From Octopus sinensis (taxonomy: Eukaryota): a stretch of DNA of 64,000 nt. Of the stretch, positions 24,196-39,180 are shown piece after piece. A program made the position numbers and the translations under genes. The DNA is taken from NCBI RefSeq assembly GCF_006345805.1, contig NC_043001.1, positions 102,486,001-102,550,000 on the forward strand. Reading direction: 5' to 3'. The notes under the pieces are model-generated. The model worked only from the letters and a program-made list of their open reading frames with translations. It was not told where the DNA came from and did not search any database. Position 1 is the stretch's first letter. The number at the start of each line of letters is the position of its first letter.

Positions 24196-25326
24196 TAAAT
24201 TATTACTATTAATATTTGTAAAAGAACAACAGAGTTAAAACTCTATGTGTAGTAATTAAAGCTTCTGTTAATTGTTTGTGAGTATTGTTAGTTACTTCTT
24301 TACACAGCCCAAGAAATACACAAATACACCACTACAAGCACCACCACCTCACCAAGCAGCAATTGAATATAGTTAAAAAAAAAAAAAAAGAAATAATCAA
24401 ACTGTAGCTTTTTAGTATTTATTCTAGTGGTAGGAACGTGCATATCAGGTGCATGCACACACGTATATTTCTTACCTCTCAGAAAAGTCATTTGCAAAGT
24501 TTAGTGTAACATAGTTATGAGTACAGGTGTTTATGTGAGAGCTTTTGTACAATGAGCCAGTTCACTAAACCCCTGTATATTAATGCTATTTAATTGGCAC
24601 CAGAAATGCCAACTCAGCTTTCATAGAATTTAAATACAAAATTGAGGATTACAGCAGATGATAGTGTAAAGTATGCCATTAAATAATGCTCTAGTCTGGT
24701 GGTGATGGTGTTGGTGGTAGTGGTGGTGGTGGTAGTAATAGTAGTAGTAGTAGTATTCAGTTACAACAATATGCAGCATTTTGATGGTGGTGATAAGAAT
24801 CCAATTCCAAACTGATCTACTACCATTGTAGTTTTAACACATAGCAAAAATATTAAGCAACTCTAGTTAGTCATGCTTGCGTTTGCCAGACTGGCGCAAA
24901 CGATTCTGTGTATAGGCCAATGGGCAAGTTGCAGTTCGGGAAAACATAGACATTTTGAGATGTGTTTAGAGAAACATGAAGAGAAGGATGACTTGATGGT
25001 TAAAGTCAGTGGATGGCACAGTGAAAAAATGAATGTTTTCAGGTCCCTTTGATATAGGGGTTATATTGGCTAGAAAGATTTAGGCATGAATTCTTCTCTA
25101 GCAAAGCATGCATGTGTCTATCACTGCTAAGTATAGGGCATTTCTGAACACTGCATACAAACACAGAGTTATATACACACATGTATACATAATTATTCAA
25201 CTCTTACCAGTACACATACAAACACTCTGACCTACAAATACAAGCATACACACACACACACACACACACAAAACAGTGCTTAAACTCATTGGCACTGAAA
25301 TGTATATACATTTCTTTCTTTAGGTG

Positions 25327-25585
25327 CCATGCCCAGAATGTAGGACACAGGTGATCATGCCTTGCCACAATTCTCTGTTCCTTGTTTGCTGTAACAGTTC
25401 CACTTCTTGATGATCAATGTCTCTCTTCTTCCAACCAATTCCTCAGACTTGACATCTGCATCATCCTTCTCCTTTCTCTGCTTCTTTTCCTTTCAATCTT
25501 TCCAGTCATCCCTTAATACTCCAGGCCCACATTCTCCATCACAACAGGATGGAGAAATCTCAGTTGCTTGGCTCTTGTCTCATGA
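25327..25585 (-). mobile_element. RTE-clade LINE C-terminal fragment
   Basis: Minus strand RAKQLRFL...GLEY*GMTGKIERKRSRERRR...SLRNWL...RNRELWQGMITCVL, typical RTE C-terminus. Confidence 0.65.
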
Positions 25586-26549
25586 AGCAGTTTCCTATTT
25601 ACCACAGCACAGGTCCATCATATACATCCATGTGAAATCATTGCTATTCACACACACACACACACACTCATTATCTTCTACTACGCACACTCAAACAGTC
25701 CTCGTTTGCACTAACGAGCCACAACATTAAGCACACCCACACTCACTTCTGTTAGAAAACACTAACACCTTTCTGGTAAATGTATGAAGTGGAAGCAGAT
25801 TCGGTGAAGTTATTGAAGTTGTAGAAAGAACTCCGTATAGTTGCATCAACAGGAATCCAAAGGAATTCAGATGCGAGACACTTTTTATCATGTGTGGCAC
25901 GATTCTTGTACAATTGGTTAATCACATCAAATAAGTGCGGTAGAGAAACCCCAGAAGCAAGACAAGCTTAAACTTTCAGTGAAATCTCTAAGAAATATTG
26001 ATGAAATTACATATGAAAGTAAGGCACATACACATTCACAGGCACACTTCGAGTAGCATACAGTGTGTATTATATGTGGTGGACATGACGACATCCGTCA
26101 TTTGCTAACATGTCCACACTAAATAGCATTTCAAATATTTTTATACAAATACATTTTTAATGATGATGACAACAATGGCTAAGGTTTTATGGTTATTATC
26201 GAAGGCACAGCCCAAAATATTAAAAATTTAAGGCTTAAAGAAACTATCTTTGTTAATAAAGTAAATCTGTTAATTAGAAATACTCAGGAGCTAAGTTATG
26301 TTAATTGAGTAATTTTCATCCAATTAATCTACGCAGAATGGACCTAGCTTCTAGTTTTTGTTTTCTTGATAAAGAATTCTTTTACTGAAATTACAGAATA
26401 CAAAAGTGAGAGTGCAAACCATTGGGCTTGTTTTCATTCCTTTATTCTCAATTTATATTGCAGTGACTTTCTTAATAATTATTACTTTGTCATTTCATAA
26501 GGTTTCATATGAACTAGAACATTCTAGTATATATAAATATACATATAGT

Positions 26550-26790
26550 GGAGTCATGTGGCTCAGTGGTTAAGGTGATGGACTCATGATCGTAAGGTTG
26601 TGGTTTCAATTCCTGGACCAGGTGATGTGTTGTGTTCTTGAGCAAAACACTTCATTTCACCTTGCTGCAGTCCACTCAGCTGGCAAAAATGAGTAACACT
26701 GCAATGGACTGGCATCCTGTCTAGGTGGGGAATTTATATGCCACTGAAACCAGAAACCAGCCCTCATGAGTTTATATGACTTGGGAAGGA
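26550..26790 (+). mobile_element. tRNA-derived SINE, family D
   Basis: A-box TGGCTCAGTGG (26559-26569), B-box-like GGTTTCAATTCC, body shared with 4255-4510. Confidence 0.75.
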
Positions 26791-26791
26791 A

Positions 26792-26837
<46 letters not shown>

Positions 26838-27351
26838 ACACACACTCCTGTACCTCTCACCATCTGTTTCTACAGTCACCTGTATCTCATCTGAACATCC
26901 ACTCACCTAATCCAATCCTCTCTAACACTTCACCCACCCCACTGTACATTGAGGTTATGTCCTGATACATAATCTATAACCGTCCCCTTCACTCTCCATC
27001 TCTATTTTCTTCCCCCTTTCTCCAACTGGAGTATCTTCGTCTCTCTTCTACAATAAGATACCTATCTATCCCTCTATTATTCTTTTGACTTCTCATCAAC
27101 TGGCACAAAGCCACCTCCCTCAATACTACTTCCCAAGTTGAGGGGACTGTCTTGAAAGTTACTTGGTGACCCCACCAATGTTGGTGCCACATAAAAAGCG
27201 CCCAGTACACTCTGTAAAGTGGTTAGCATTAGGAAGGGCATCCAGCCATACGAACCACACCAAAACAGACAACAGAGTTTGGCATAGTCCTGACTTTCCA
27301 CCTCTTATCAAACTGACCAACCCATGCCAGCATGGAAAACGGATGATGATG

Positions 27352-27383
<32 letters not shown>

Positions 27384-27711
27384 AGGCCAATTTGTTGAAA
27401 AAAAGAAAATTCATGATGATTCCACTTGAATTTATTCTTTCAAGCACAACATTTATCTTCGTTAAAGATGCCCTGATAAAACATAGACAAAAAATTCTCA
27501 GCGAAGAGTTTCATCATAAACACCGTTCTTAGTCTTTCCACCTTGAGCATTCTAGCTTTATTTATTTTTAAACTATTACCAAAAATACAGCAATGTCTCT
27601 AATTTAACTGCTTTAGGGGTAAGATAGTAAAGGTGACAAAATGTCCAAGTGACAGATAAATAATCAAATAGTTGAAAGGAATGACAGAAAAATTGTCATA
27701 AAAAAAATGTC

Positions 27712-27783
<72 letters not shown>

Positions 27784-30435
27784 CAGCGATTGATAGATAA
27801 ATAGAGAGACACACTCATACAAACATATGTGCATGTATGTGTGTATGCATATATACATGAATGAGGGACTCAAGACATTTCAATAAAATATTGTTCCCAT
27901 AATACTTTTGAAAATTTCTGATGTGACATAATAGAGTAAGTACTGGTACTTAAAAATTAAAGCGAGTAGTTTTACAATTTTGCTTTTAAGGAATTTTATT
28001 CAGAGATTTCGTCGTAATGACTGAATTTGAAGGAAAAGTGGCTGCAAGAGAAAAAAAAAGTTGGAACAAATCTATCACTTGGTGGTTGTATCAAACTCTC
28101 ATGATGAAAACCACAATGGATTGGTTTAGAATTTAATAGAAACATTCAATAAACGGCACAACAACATTCTGTAGGGGAAGCTGAATCAGAATGTATATGG
28201 TTTAGTGGGCATTCATTTTAAAATGTTTGACTAAATTGAGAACAAAGAGGCTTTGGACAGGATCTATGGCTAGAAACATCTCAAGCAGCAGAACTGAACA
28301 ACTGTCAAAGAAAAGGTGAAATAATTAAAAGTAGGACAAGAGGGATGTGCAGCTTTTACCAGCACAGGATAACAAATATTGTATAACTGAATCAAAAAGC
28401 ACATGGGGTATGTGTAAATTCGAATATAGAAACAGTCAGTGGCAGACACTGAGAACCTAGAGGGAACCGTTTCTCTGTATACATTTATTGTATACCTCAG
28501 CTTCCTATATTTCAACTTTCCTTGTCATCCCCTTCACTGTTCATGCAATGGAAAATATTCCGTGTAGCATAATACTTAAATATCTTTTCTAAGCGGAGCT
28601 ACTTTTTGTTGCCTACTTCCTCCATTTACAATACTGCCCCCCCCCCCTGCTTTGCCTTGAGTCAATACCTCATTATTTCAAATCCTTACCCTTTTCTTTT
28701 TGCCACCTTTAAAGCACTTTCTACCTTCAATTCTTAGCTTCTTCTCCTCACATCCCAGACATCTTTCTCCTATATTTTCCCAGACAACACTACTTTGTCT
28801 CCGCTTGCCCACACTTTCTTACCTTCATTCTCAGATGAAGAGCAAGGACAAAATCATTCCATACTGCACTCCTCACTAATTAGACTTATCCACTCTCCAC
28901 TTGACTAATTGTTGCTGACACAGACCACCACTACTTTCATTTGATTCCAAAGTTTATTGTATTTCTACAATGACCAAGAGAAATAGAGAGAGGCAGAGGA
29001 ATAAAAAATGGTAAGAAGGGCTGAGATGGATTGCTATGTAGAGAGAAAGGAGAGAGAAGAGGAAGAATTTAACTACCTCTTACATATATATACATATGTA
29101 TGAGGGGGTGATAGCAAAGATATTGCAGTTATACATGAAGGGGAGATTTCTATAATTAGTTCACAAAGTTGTATATTTGCATTAATTAAACAACTAATAT
29201 TTTAGTGAGAGATGAGATCAGTTGGCAAGGTCAATATTAGATATTACTGACAGTTCAGTTTTAAATTACATAGTCGCTATGAAACAGTAAAGTAGGCACC
29301 AAAGGGATTTGATCTCATAAAATAAAGATGCCAAATTAAACATTCAGAACAATTATATGTTTAGTTTTGCGGTTGTGTTGGCCCAGACCAGTTGTTCTAA
29401 ATCTATTAAGTAATCAAAATGCTAAATTGTTGTTTAGCCCCTGGTCAGTCTTGATCAATCAGATAGTCCAGAAACAACAACTCCAGCTTTGATAATGGGA
29501 TTAATATCCAAAACAATGATGAAGATGATGATGTTGAGGATACAAATACTTTCTAGACATCAGTAGAAGATTAACCATACAACACTATAGAACACATGCA
29601 CTCACACAGTCTAAAAAATATTGAATAGCTGGTTTCATTCATTGTTAAGAAATATGTAAAAGACAAATAACCATCCTAACTTCGAGGGGCCTTTTTAATT
29701 CATTACATACTTATATGATGATTGATAGAAGCAAATAACTCTCTCACACACACACACAAATTTCTTCTTTATTTTCTCAATCCTAATTTTACCAAAACAA
29801 AAAAAAACAGAAAATATAAAATATAATATTAAACACATAAATAAATGAAGATCAGGTGCATTTTTCTAGAGTCAAGGAGAAACTTACACTTCAGTTACCT
29901 TCTCCATTCTAATTATGAATTTGGAATTGCCAATTAGCCATTTATTCAGCTAGAACAATCAAGATACATGAAACTGCAGAGTTCTATTCTTCTTGAAGCC
30001 AAGAAACCACTAATTGGCTGGAATGAACAATCCAGATAGAATCAGGTAGCTAAGGAACAACATTGTTTATTGCATCATTTTTCACTTAAGTTATTTTTTT
30101 TATTTCAAAACTTCTTCCCAAAACAGAAATTTTGATTGAAGACAAAGAGCTTTCATTGCATCTATTTACCAATCTATCATATGTCATATGCCTTTACTAA
30201 TTTTTATTTTTATCCATTTACTGAGTTCAAATTAGATCTTTACTGGCTTATAATTTATTGATCAATTATTCTTATGTAAACTATAACAACAAAATTTTTA
30301 GGGAATTTGTTTCAATCTTCCTTTCTTTAACTTTTCATTGCTGGTTCCCCTCTACTTCAATGCTGATTAATTTTAAATGCACTTTTTCATACAATGAAAT
30401 CTTCTTTTTCTACAGCAACAGCAGCAGCAGCAGCA

Positions 30436-30466
<31 letters not shown>

Positions 30467-31027
30467 GTATGAGGAACATTTTATAGGTATAAACCCAACT
30501 GCAATGTGCACACTGAGCTATATACTACAATCACTTATACACACATTGTTTGGCATGTGATAAATCTGGAAACACACATAAATTACAAATGTTATGATAT
30601 ACAACAACCAGACATATACAGTATCCAATATCCAAGGATATTATGATATGACATGACATAAAATACCACATCATACATGCTGGGATATATGATGCCCGGT
30701 GGTTTCCTCCATACAATCTGCCAGCTCCAATCTTCACATGCATAGACAGGCAAGCCCTAGCTCTCTGAAGCTGCACCAAGAGAGGGGCCACCTCCTATGA
30801 ACAGAACAGGCTTGCAGGGGCACAAAGAAAATGCTACTGCACAAGCCCATATCCAACCCCTTGCCTTCAGTCCTTGCAGACCATCAGTGGCCTTACTGCA
30901 GCAGAGCCTTTCCAAACATGCATCAGACCAGTCAGCCACAGCCAGGCTCGCAGTGCCCCACTTCCTTCTCTCATCCTTCGTTATCGTCACCAATGATGGA
31001 CAAACTAACCATATCCTGCTGTATAAC

Positions 31028-31224
31028 AGCGAGCCGGCAGAAACATTAGCACGCCGAGTGAAGTGCGTAGCTGTATTTCATCTGCCGTTCTGAGTTCAAA
31101 TTCCGCCGAGGTTGACTTTGCCTTTCATCCTTTCGGGGATGGGTCGATGTTATCGACTTAATCCGTTTGTCTGTCCTTGTTTGTCCCCTTTGCGTTTAGC
31201 CCCTTGTGGGTAGTAAAGAAATAT
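31028..31224 (+). mobile_element. tRNA-derived SINE, family A, with 17-bp TSD
   Basis: Flanked by ATATCCTGCTGTATAAC (31011-31027) and ATATCATGCTGTATAAC (31225-31241), one mismatch. Confidence 0.88.
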
Positions 31225-32730
31225 ATATCATGCTGTATAACTTACCATGGTTTACATCACTTTATTGCAATAAAAATCATTTTGTTACATTGTATATATA
31301 TTTAACACACGCATACATGTACACACACACACACTAAAAATCTATGACATTCCATATACCATTAATATATTCTCCATAATTTGACCTGAAATTATACGAA
31401 ACCACAAGAGCAAACAACATTTCATTCTAAGATTTCTCTACATGAAGAAATATTCAACATTTTTAAAACTATTGTCCAGTTTGATGTGTGTATCCCAAGA
31501 CACCAACTTTCTGTAAGTTGTAAAGTTAATTGAATACTAGTAGATGGTAATTCTATGCCTATATTTAGCATCAACTGTGAGATTGTGATCTAAAATGAAA
31601 AGAAATTGTTGAAGCACTGACCAAAATGTCACTCAGCATCTTAAGCAGTTTTACACCAGCCATATTAACTCGATCAACCTCACAACAAGCAACATCACAT
31701 TCTTGCTATGCATTTGCCCAAATTTTCATGGAACTAAACAACAAAATTCACAATGGTCAATAGTGTTGCTAGCAAATTTCTACCAATAGCCTATTAAGAG
31801 ACCAATACTTACATAGACAAAACATATTCATTTTTGTTTGGTTATATCTCAAAATGTATTTGTCAAAGAGGAGAGATCAAACCAGCAAATTTAAAGTTGA
31901 GTCATTTTCCTGCAGAAAATATCCACAGCTCTCTTAGTAAATTTCTATTATCAAAAGAATAACAAAGCTTCGCAGGATGATTACATTAGTTGATCAAATT
32001 TCCCCAACAATGCTAGTGATAACTATTTGTTTTAATGTATTTTTTGTGATATATTTTTGCTGTCTACAAAAAAGAAACCAGTTCTGTTTTATTTCTTTTA
32101 GCTTTTTCATGTTTGTTTCCTGCATTTATTTCTAATTCTTATTTATTTTGCAAAAATCCATTCACTTGAAGATTTACTGAGAATAGTAAAATGTAAAGCA
32201 AATAGATATTATCGAGCAAGATATTTATCAAGCAAAATATTTATGCACATTTAAATTAGAACTGATGGTTTGTTTCATTTTCTCCCATATAGCTAAAGAT
32301 AGCTATTAAGATAAAACACAAAATAAATTGTAATAGCAACATTAAAGTAGTTGACATCATCACCACCACCACCACCAACAATAAATTCATTGCTTAGTGT
32401 CTTTTATATTCAACACTTACATGGGTTAGATAGGTTTACACAACAGTATGTTCGCTTATCTTATTTATTATCTGACAAATGTAGTTTACAAAGCCTACTT
32501 AAAAAATATTTCCTCCCAAAATATTCTACAATCAATATACTACTACCTCGTGGAAATCTAAGCTACACAAGTATTATTAACAGTTAAATACCAACTATTT
32601 ATTATCAGCAATCCCCATCTCTGAATGATGAACCATATTGACAAAAGCTGGGGTGACAATCAAAATAATGTCACTCACAAATTGTTTAATTTTCTGCCTG
32701 GCCCTTCCGCCTCCCCCCTTTTATCATCTG

Positions 32731-33081
32731 TTGGTTTCAGTCATTAGACTGCAGCCATACAGGGGCATTGTGTTGAAGAGTTTCTTTCTATTTTTCTAGT
32801 TGAATGAATCTGTCTCCATGCTAATATTTTAAAGCCTCTTCTTCCCAGCCGCTAAGTTATGGAGATGCAAACACATCAAAACCAGTCGTTAAGCAGTGGA
32901 GGAGGACACAGGCACAAACAGATACAATGAGCTTCTTTCAGTTTCCATCTACCAAATCCCACTCACAAGGCTTTGGCTAGCCAGAGCCTATAGTAATAAA
33001 CACTTGCCCAAGGTATCACACAGTGGGACCCAGCCTGGAACCACGTGGTTGGGAATCAAACTTCTTACCACACAGCCATAC
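32731..33081 (-). mobile_element. tRNA-derived SINE, family B (decayed)
   Basis: Reverse complement of family B head (CTTACCACACAGCCA) and body. Confidence 0.7.
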
Positions 33082-33189
33082 AATAAACTTACAACACTTG
33101 TAGATGGAGAACATATTTTATGTTCATATTTTAATAGGACTTTTTTTTTTTTCTTTTAAATATGGATAATGTCAGTGTAATGAAAGAAG

Positions 33190-33640
33190 AGAATTCTAAT
33201 GTTTTAGCATACAACTGTTCAGCATATGAGTCTAGTCACCTCCCTGACATGTACCAAGCTAATGTTTCTCATAATCAGATATTATTTCAACAACTCAATA
33301 GTGCTCACTCTTGTTTTCCCCATTTACACTGCTGCGCATTCAATAAATCACAATGACCAGAGATTGGGCAGTTTATTTCTCATTTATTACCCATATTTCA
33401 CTGTCATGCAGCATCAAACTTCTGACACGTAGTTTGTATACTCTGCTTTTTCAACAGACAGTGATGTAAATAAATAGATTTCAAATTCAACTTCATCTTT
33501 GAATAGATGGTTAGCCATGTATCAATTTCAAGCAGATTAAATAAGGATAAAAATGCAAATAGTCTTGAATGTGAACAATTGCTATTAAAATCCCTTCCAT
33601 TCTGCCAAGCAACACCAACACATTTCTATTGGTCTTTATC
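33190..33640 (-). mobile_element. Heavily decayed RTE LINE fragment
   Basis: Minus strand KSRVYKLRVRSLMLHDSEIW resembles the RTE motif K.R.Y...VRS.ML.GSE.W. Confidence 0.4.
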
Positions 33641-33987
33641 TTATACCACCTCAGTAACACAAACTAGACTTCAAGTACCAGAATGGTACCACAAATGAAT
33701 TGCAATTCTAGCATGGAACTTTTGTACTAAATTACTTAAATGTTCCTGGTTATAATGACAGAAAGGCTAAAGGATATGCACTTTCATTTATGTTTTCATC
33801 AATATCTGTTTAAGCTGTGTTGATAGTTCATTGCTATTTATTTTTGACTCAGTTTGTGGAGACAGCATCTTTTCACACACTTCTCTATCATGCAAACGTA
33901 AGTATAAAAGGGAATACAAATCATTATACACCTTACACTGTCTTTAACATTAATAAAACAGAAAACTTACAAATTTATATTAAGCAA

Positions 33988-34208
33988 CCCTTTCGTTACC
34001 AACTTGACTGAAACCGGCTCTGGCTCTGAGTACAAATGTCTTGTTTTCAGAAATTTTGAATTAAAATCTTCCACCAAACCTTAGTCACAATTTATGTTCC
34101 TAACACTAGCTTAATGATAACTAAGTTATTTTAATAAATTCTTTGTTATATTTAAAATTAATTGAAAGGCACACAGAGCAGCTCAAAATAAATATGGTAA
34201 CGAAAGAG
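33988..34208. mobile_element. piggyBac-type MITE (second family)
   Basis: TIRs CCCTTTCGTTACCA / TGGTAACGAAAGAG (13/14); TTAA on the right, degraded GCAA on the left. Confidence 0.65.
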
Positions 34209-34742
34209 TTAAAAAAATAAAAACAATTTTCATTCCAAAACTATTGTTTCCTTGTCACTGTAGAGAGATTCGAAACTAAATCCCTGGATATGAGGTCAGG
34301 TATCAAGAGTCAGCTACTATAGTTTCATGTGATTGGCCTATTAACCAACCAATCAGTGTGAAGCAACTGTGTGGACAACTTTTCTCGAGCTTTCTAGAAT
34401 TTGATTTCCAGTCCCCTATAAAAAAAACCTTCAATGTGCATTTTTAACAGCCAGATGACCCAAGAAGGCAGTTAAGACAGATGGCACAGCTAGATGACAG
34501 GAACCTCCATCACCACAAATGTAGCACAATTCTTTCCAGTTACGATGTGCAAGCCACATGTTGCTGCATCAATAGCTTGCCGTAAATTCCGGGCAGTATC
34601 TTTCTCCCACTATGTAATTATTGCTGTTCTTATCTGTAAAGGGCCAATGCAGGTTTGTCTTTATGTGTGATAATAAAATCAGTTCAATGTTTATGGGTGT
34701 TCTTCAATTACTTTTACATGCAGCCTAAGAATAAAAATAATT

Positions 34743-34967
34743 AAGGCGGCGAGCTGGCAGAGGCGCTAGCAAGCCGTGTGAAATGCTTTGCGGTATTTCG
34801 TCTGCCACTACGTTCTGAGTTCAAATTCCGCCAAGGTCAACTTTGCCTGTCATCCTTTCGGGGTTGATTAAATAAGTTATGCACTGGATTCGATATAACC
34901 GACTTAATTCGTTTGTCTGTTCTTGCTTCTCCCCTCTGTTTGCAGCCCCTTATGGGCAGTAAAGAAA
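34743..34967 (+). mobile_element. tRNA-derived SINE, family A, with 17-bp TSD
   Basis: Flanked by TAAGAATAAAAATAATT (34726-34742) and TAAGAATTAAAATAATT (34968-34984), one mismatch. Confidence 0.88.
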
Positions 34968-36866
34968 TAAGAATTAAAATAATTTTCCTCCTCAAAATAG
35001 TGTTTCCTTGTTACTAAAGAGGAGGAAAATCTTATTTATTTCAAGACACACAAAAAACACTAAGGAAACTGAGGAGTATTACGTCTTACTTCTGAACAAA
35101 TAGTTTCCTTCTTTAAAGTATTTTCAGAGTATTTAGACACTATGAGGCGTTAGAACGTTATTTATCTAACAAATTGTATCAAAACAAAACTAATCTCCAT
35201 TTCTTGAACTGCCATCCAATGAGATTCGAAAGAAATCATTCATGATGACTGAGATTGGAGGGGGTTTCCTGAAAGGAGACAAAAACTATGTATATGGAAG
35301 AGAATTTGAATTTTATGATGAAACAGCAGGGGGAAGGGAAAACTTTGGCATTTACAGAACAGAGGAGAATTGAAAGAGATAGCTAACAATTCTGCTAAAC
35401 TGCTGACTCCATGTTTATTCAGACAAACTTTCTGGAGACTATTGGTGTTAATTCACAAATGGCATTGGCTTAATAAAGTTGTCATTGAAAAGTCTATAAC
35501 TGAATTCTATTGGATCTCTTTGTTTGCAGTGTTTGTTTTTCTCTTCCTATCTCATATATATATATTATAAATAATTGGCTAAGAATCCATAAGTCAGAAA
35601 AACTATGCACACATATATTTGTCAAAAGAGGGTTTATTCTTAGCAATTAGTTTTGCACTGCATATTAAAAGCAGATGCTCCTCAGAGCTGGCAGGCATGG
35701 AGTACCTGCTCTCCATTAATGGAGGTGAAAACATAAACTACATTTGTGGGTGCTGTGAAAAAAGATGAAACAAAGCTATAAGAGGTAAACTCAGCAACAG
35801 CAATGTCAAGAGTTATGGCCCTTGGCCCCAAAAAGAGCCCCAGAGATGGTATAAGGCAATGCAAAAGTTTCCAGGAAATGTATACAGGAGGTAAAGAGTT
35901 GGTATTCATTGATATTCAGCTAATATGGTTTAGCCATGGAAACAACCATTTTGAAAAGTTCTCAGTACCTGAACATTTACCTAAACAGCATAAGTGAGAT
36001 TTTTAGTTCTTATCCAAATGAAAGAAGGTAATATTTCATTATACCTACAAGCACCAGCATGACTATTATCACTAGCCTTTCCACCTTTCGACCTCCCACA
36101 ATCATATCATGAAAACCCAGCAAAAAGCTAATCAAAAATATACACAAATACACATGTGCCCAAACATGGGCTTATTAAGTGTTCAGACATCAGCCCAGCA
36201 TTCCCATTCTGTCCCCCAAAACCCCTACACAAATACCAACCCCTAAACACCAGCATACATTCCCAGAAAACTCTTGCTGCCTTACACCATTTCAGAGATA
36301 CTCTGGAACCAAAGGACATAACTCTTGATATCACCCAGGCTCAGTCCACCTCCCTTAGCCCTCTTTGTATTTTTTCATAGCACACACATACTGGATGTAT
36401 TTTTTCACCTCATTATTAGAGAGCAATCACTGTATTTTCTCTATACTCACTGGCTCTGAAGAGTACAAGGTGTTACCTAACATCTGGTTTTCAAACCCAG
36501 TAGAATTGATCTATAATACTCTAGATATATATGTATACACACACACAGACACACACACATACATACTGCATTACAAAAGTGACAATTGGAAGAGTTGGTT
36601 GTCAGCAAAAGAAATTATTTTGAGTGATGACAAGTATACATACTAGGACAGATGGAGTCAACAAATGTGTGGCAATTAGTTCAATTAATTAATAAATATT
36701 AATGTGCTCAATCCTTTAGTGAGTGGCATTTAATGCATAAGTAAAGAGACAACAAGGTAGTCAATCAAAAGATTCATTAGAACAGTCTAACAAATTCTGC
36801 CTGGAGCCAACTCCACTTTTCATCTTGGCAACAAAATACCTATTAACTAAGTACTAAGGTAGATCT

Positions 36867-36905
<39 letters not shown>

Positions 36906-39081
36906 AAAGAAGCACTCTCAGTATCCATTTCCTCCAAGACAATCACTTTGACCATACCTCATTGAAGAATGTGGTTGCCAAAGGTCTGGTAGAGCAAGTT
37001 GTATGACCATCTGGAGAGAGAGAGACTAGACTTTTTTTCCATAACTTTCAACTGTTGCCATTTGTGGCTTGGCTTGGCTTACTGAGCTAAAATGTTACCT
37101 CAGCATAGCTCTCTAGATCTAACTCATACAGACCCCCTTACAATAATAAAATACCAACATTAAGAAAGATATTTTCCACCTAAAATAACAAAGGGAAATA
37201 GATTTTATGTCAATGATAATAATGTCTTAATCACACCTTTGACTGTGGTATTTCATATAAAACTTTAAAAATCCAAAGAAAGTTTTCAAATTCAGGATCA
37301 AGATTACAAAGAAATTTTGCTAGACACCAAACCAATCCCCAATATCATTTTGTATACAATATTTTCTTACTAAACTACTATTTTGGGCTATACTATGAAA
37401 ATCATGCGAGTAAAGGAAACAAATTGCATCCAAGAAAACAAAAATCACAATAGTTTTGGACATAAAACAAGTCAAACCATTCCAATGTGTTTTACATTTC
37501 TGTAACATCTAACGAAAGCAAACATTATCTACTGAATAAGAAATGTTTCTATAGTAGTGTCAATATGAGAAAACTGACGCCATAACCAAAGGAGAAGAGA
37601 GAACTGCCTCATTTAATGATTCACCAGTAAGTCTGTATTGCTAAACTGCTATGTCTTTAGAATCTGGTAAGAAATGAGAAAACAACTGGTGAGTAAAACA
37701 AATGACAAGAGACAGAAATAACACAAAAATAAATCATCATATCCACAAACAACGTTTAAATAACACGTTTCTGGGAAATTAGTTTTTTAAAATGGTTTAT
37801 CTTCAATGTAATTTTCAAACTAAATTAATTTCTTACCATTTTATTATTATTATTATTATTAAAATTTTCAGCTTTGTTCACAAGATATTTGAAAATTTGA
37901 AGAATATCATTATTTTCAGGGTAAAGCAAGAACACAGTGGCAAAAATGAAAGTTCGAAAGACTTGGTTTGCAGCCGCTCATTCTAGTCCAATGCATTTTC
38001 AGATGAAAGCCTGCCAGAACAGATAAAATAAGTACCGGGCCCACTTTAATTAACTGATATTTTCAATTTTCCTCCACTACAGATATATCAATAACACTAT
38101 ATCGATGCAAAAATACATTTTTTTTTCATGGATTTCAAAGAACCCTGAAGTTAAATCAAGACACACACTTAAAAATGCAACAACAACCAGTAAAACAAAC
38201 AGACCTATGAAATGACATAATATTGGTAAAAAAATTTTAAATAACACTAGGAATGAAATAAAAGAACACAAATGACTTCCTACTGTTGTTGTTGTTGTTT
38301 AGGACCCCACCTCCCAAACACATTAAAAACAAACATGCCTTTTTTCTTTTATCCCAGTTATTGCAGAATGACTGGCAATGCCAACAGTTCCAACACAAAG
38401 GGTTCCAGTTGATCCAATCAACAGAACAGCCTGCTGGTGAAATTTTGAGTACTGGGTTTTCTAAATCCTTCATTGGTACTCCTTTCTCCTGTACTTCTTT
38501 TTTATCACATAGTTATCATGCATGGCTTAGTGGTAAGGATATTTGGTGCTCAAATGTATGGTCATAATTTCAACTCTTGGCAGTGCACTGTTTCCTTGAG
38601 CAAGACATAATTGGCTCTCTTTCTTTTATTATTGCCCTCTCCTCAAACATTGTCGTCTTGATACCCTCTTATTTCTCTCTCATGCTGGCTGTCCCCCTGC
38701 CACATTTTCCTTTCATCCAATGACTCCCCCCCTCTTCTACTACCCACACTTCTTGTCCATATACTATCCTTTAACCATTTCACTCACACACCAATAAACC
38801 TCTTTCGCTCCAGCATACATTTTTCTCCCTCAACCATTCACCTAAAGCCATCTAACTCCCCTTTATCTCCCTTCAATTAGAGGCAGAGGTTACTTTAGTC
38901 TTGAAAGTTACAAAAGGTGACTTCACCAGTGCTGGTGTCATGAAAAGAGGTATCCAGGACATTTTGTAAAGTGGTTGCTAGTTAGGAAGGGCAACATGCT
39001 ACAGAAATTAAGCAAAAACAAGACATTGGAGAAAGATGTGTTACTGATATGTTGAATCATTGAAAGCAGAGGAAACAGATG

Positions 39082-39136
39082 GATGATGATGATGATGACA
39101 ATGATTATAACGCTGATGATGATGATGTTGATGATG

Positions 39137-39168
<32 letters not shown>

Positions 39169-39180
39169 GATGATAATGAT
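39082..39180. repeat. (GAT)n microsatellite
   Basis: Directly visible, interrupted array. Confidence 0.95.

Noticed and set aside
24880-24902. GC-rich hairpin as a Helitron 3' end
   Set aside because: 10-bp stem with a 2-nt bulge but no downstream CTRR terminus or matching 5' end.
26550-26620. tRNA gene
   Set aside because: A- and B-box-like motifs belong to a SINE head; no complete cloverleaf and it continues into SINE body. The same applies to the other SINE heads.
28832-28860. Second hammerhead (CAGATGAAGAGCAAGGACAAAATC)
   Set aside because: Core is mutated, with no GAAA and no stem II; at most a decayed relic.
34982-35030. 12-bp inverted repeat as a miRNA or MITE
   Set aside because: Stem is too short and purine/pyrimidine low-complexity; no TSD.
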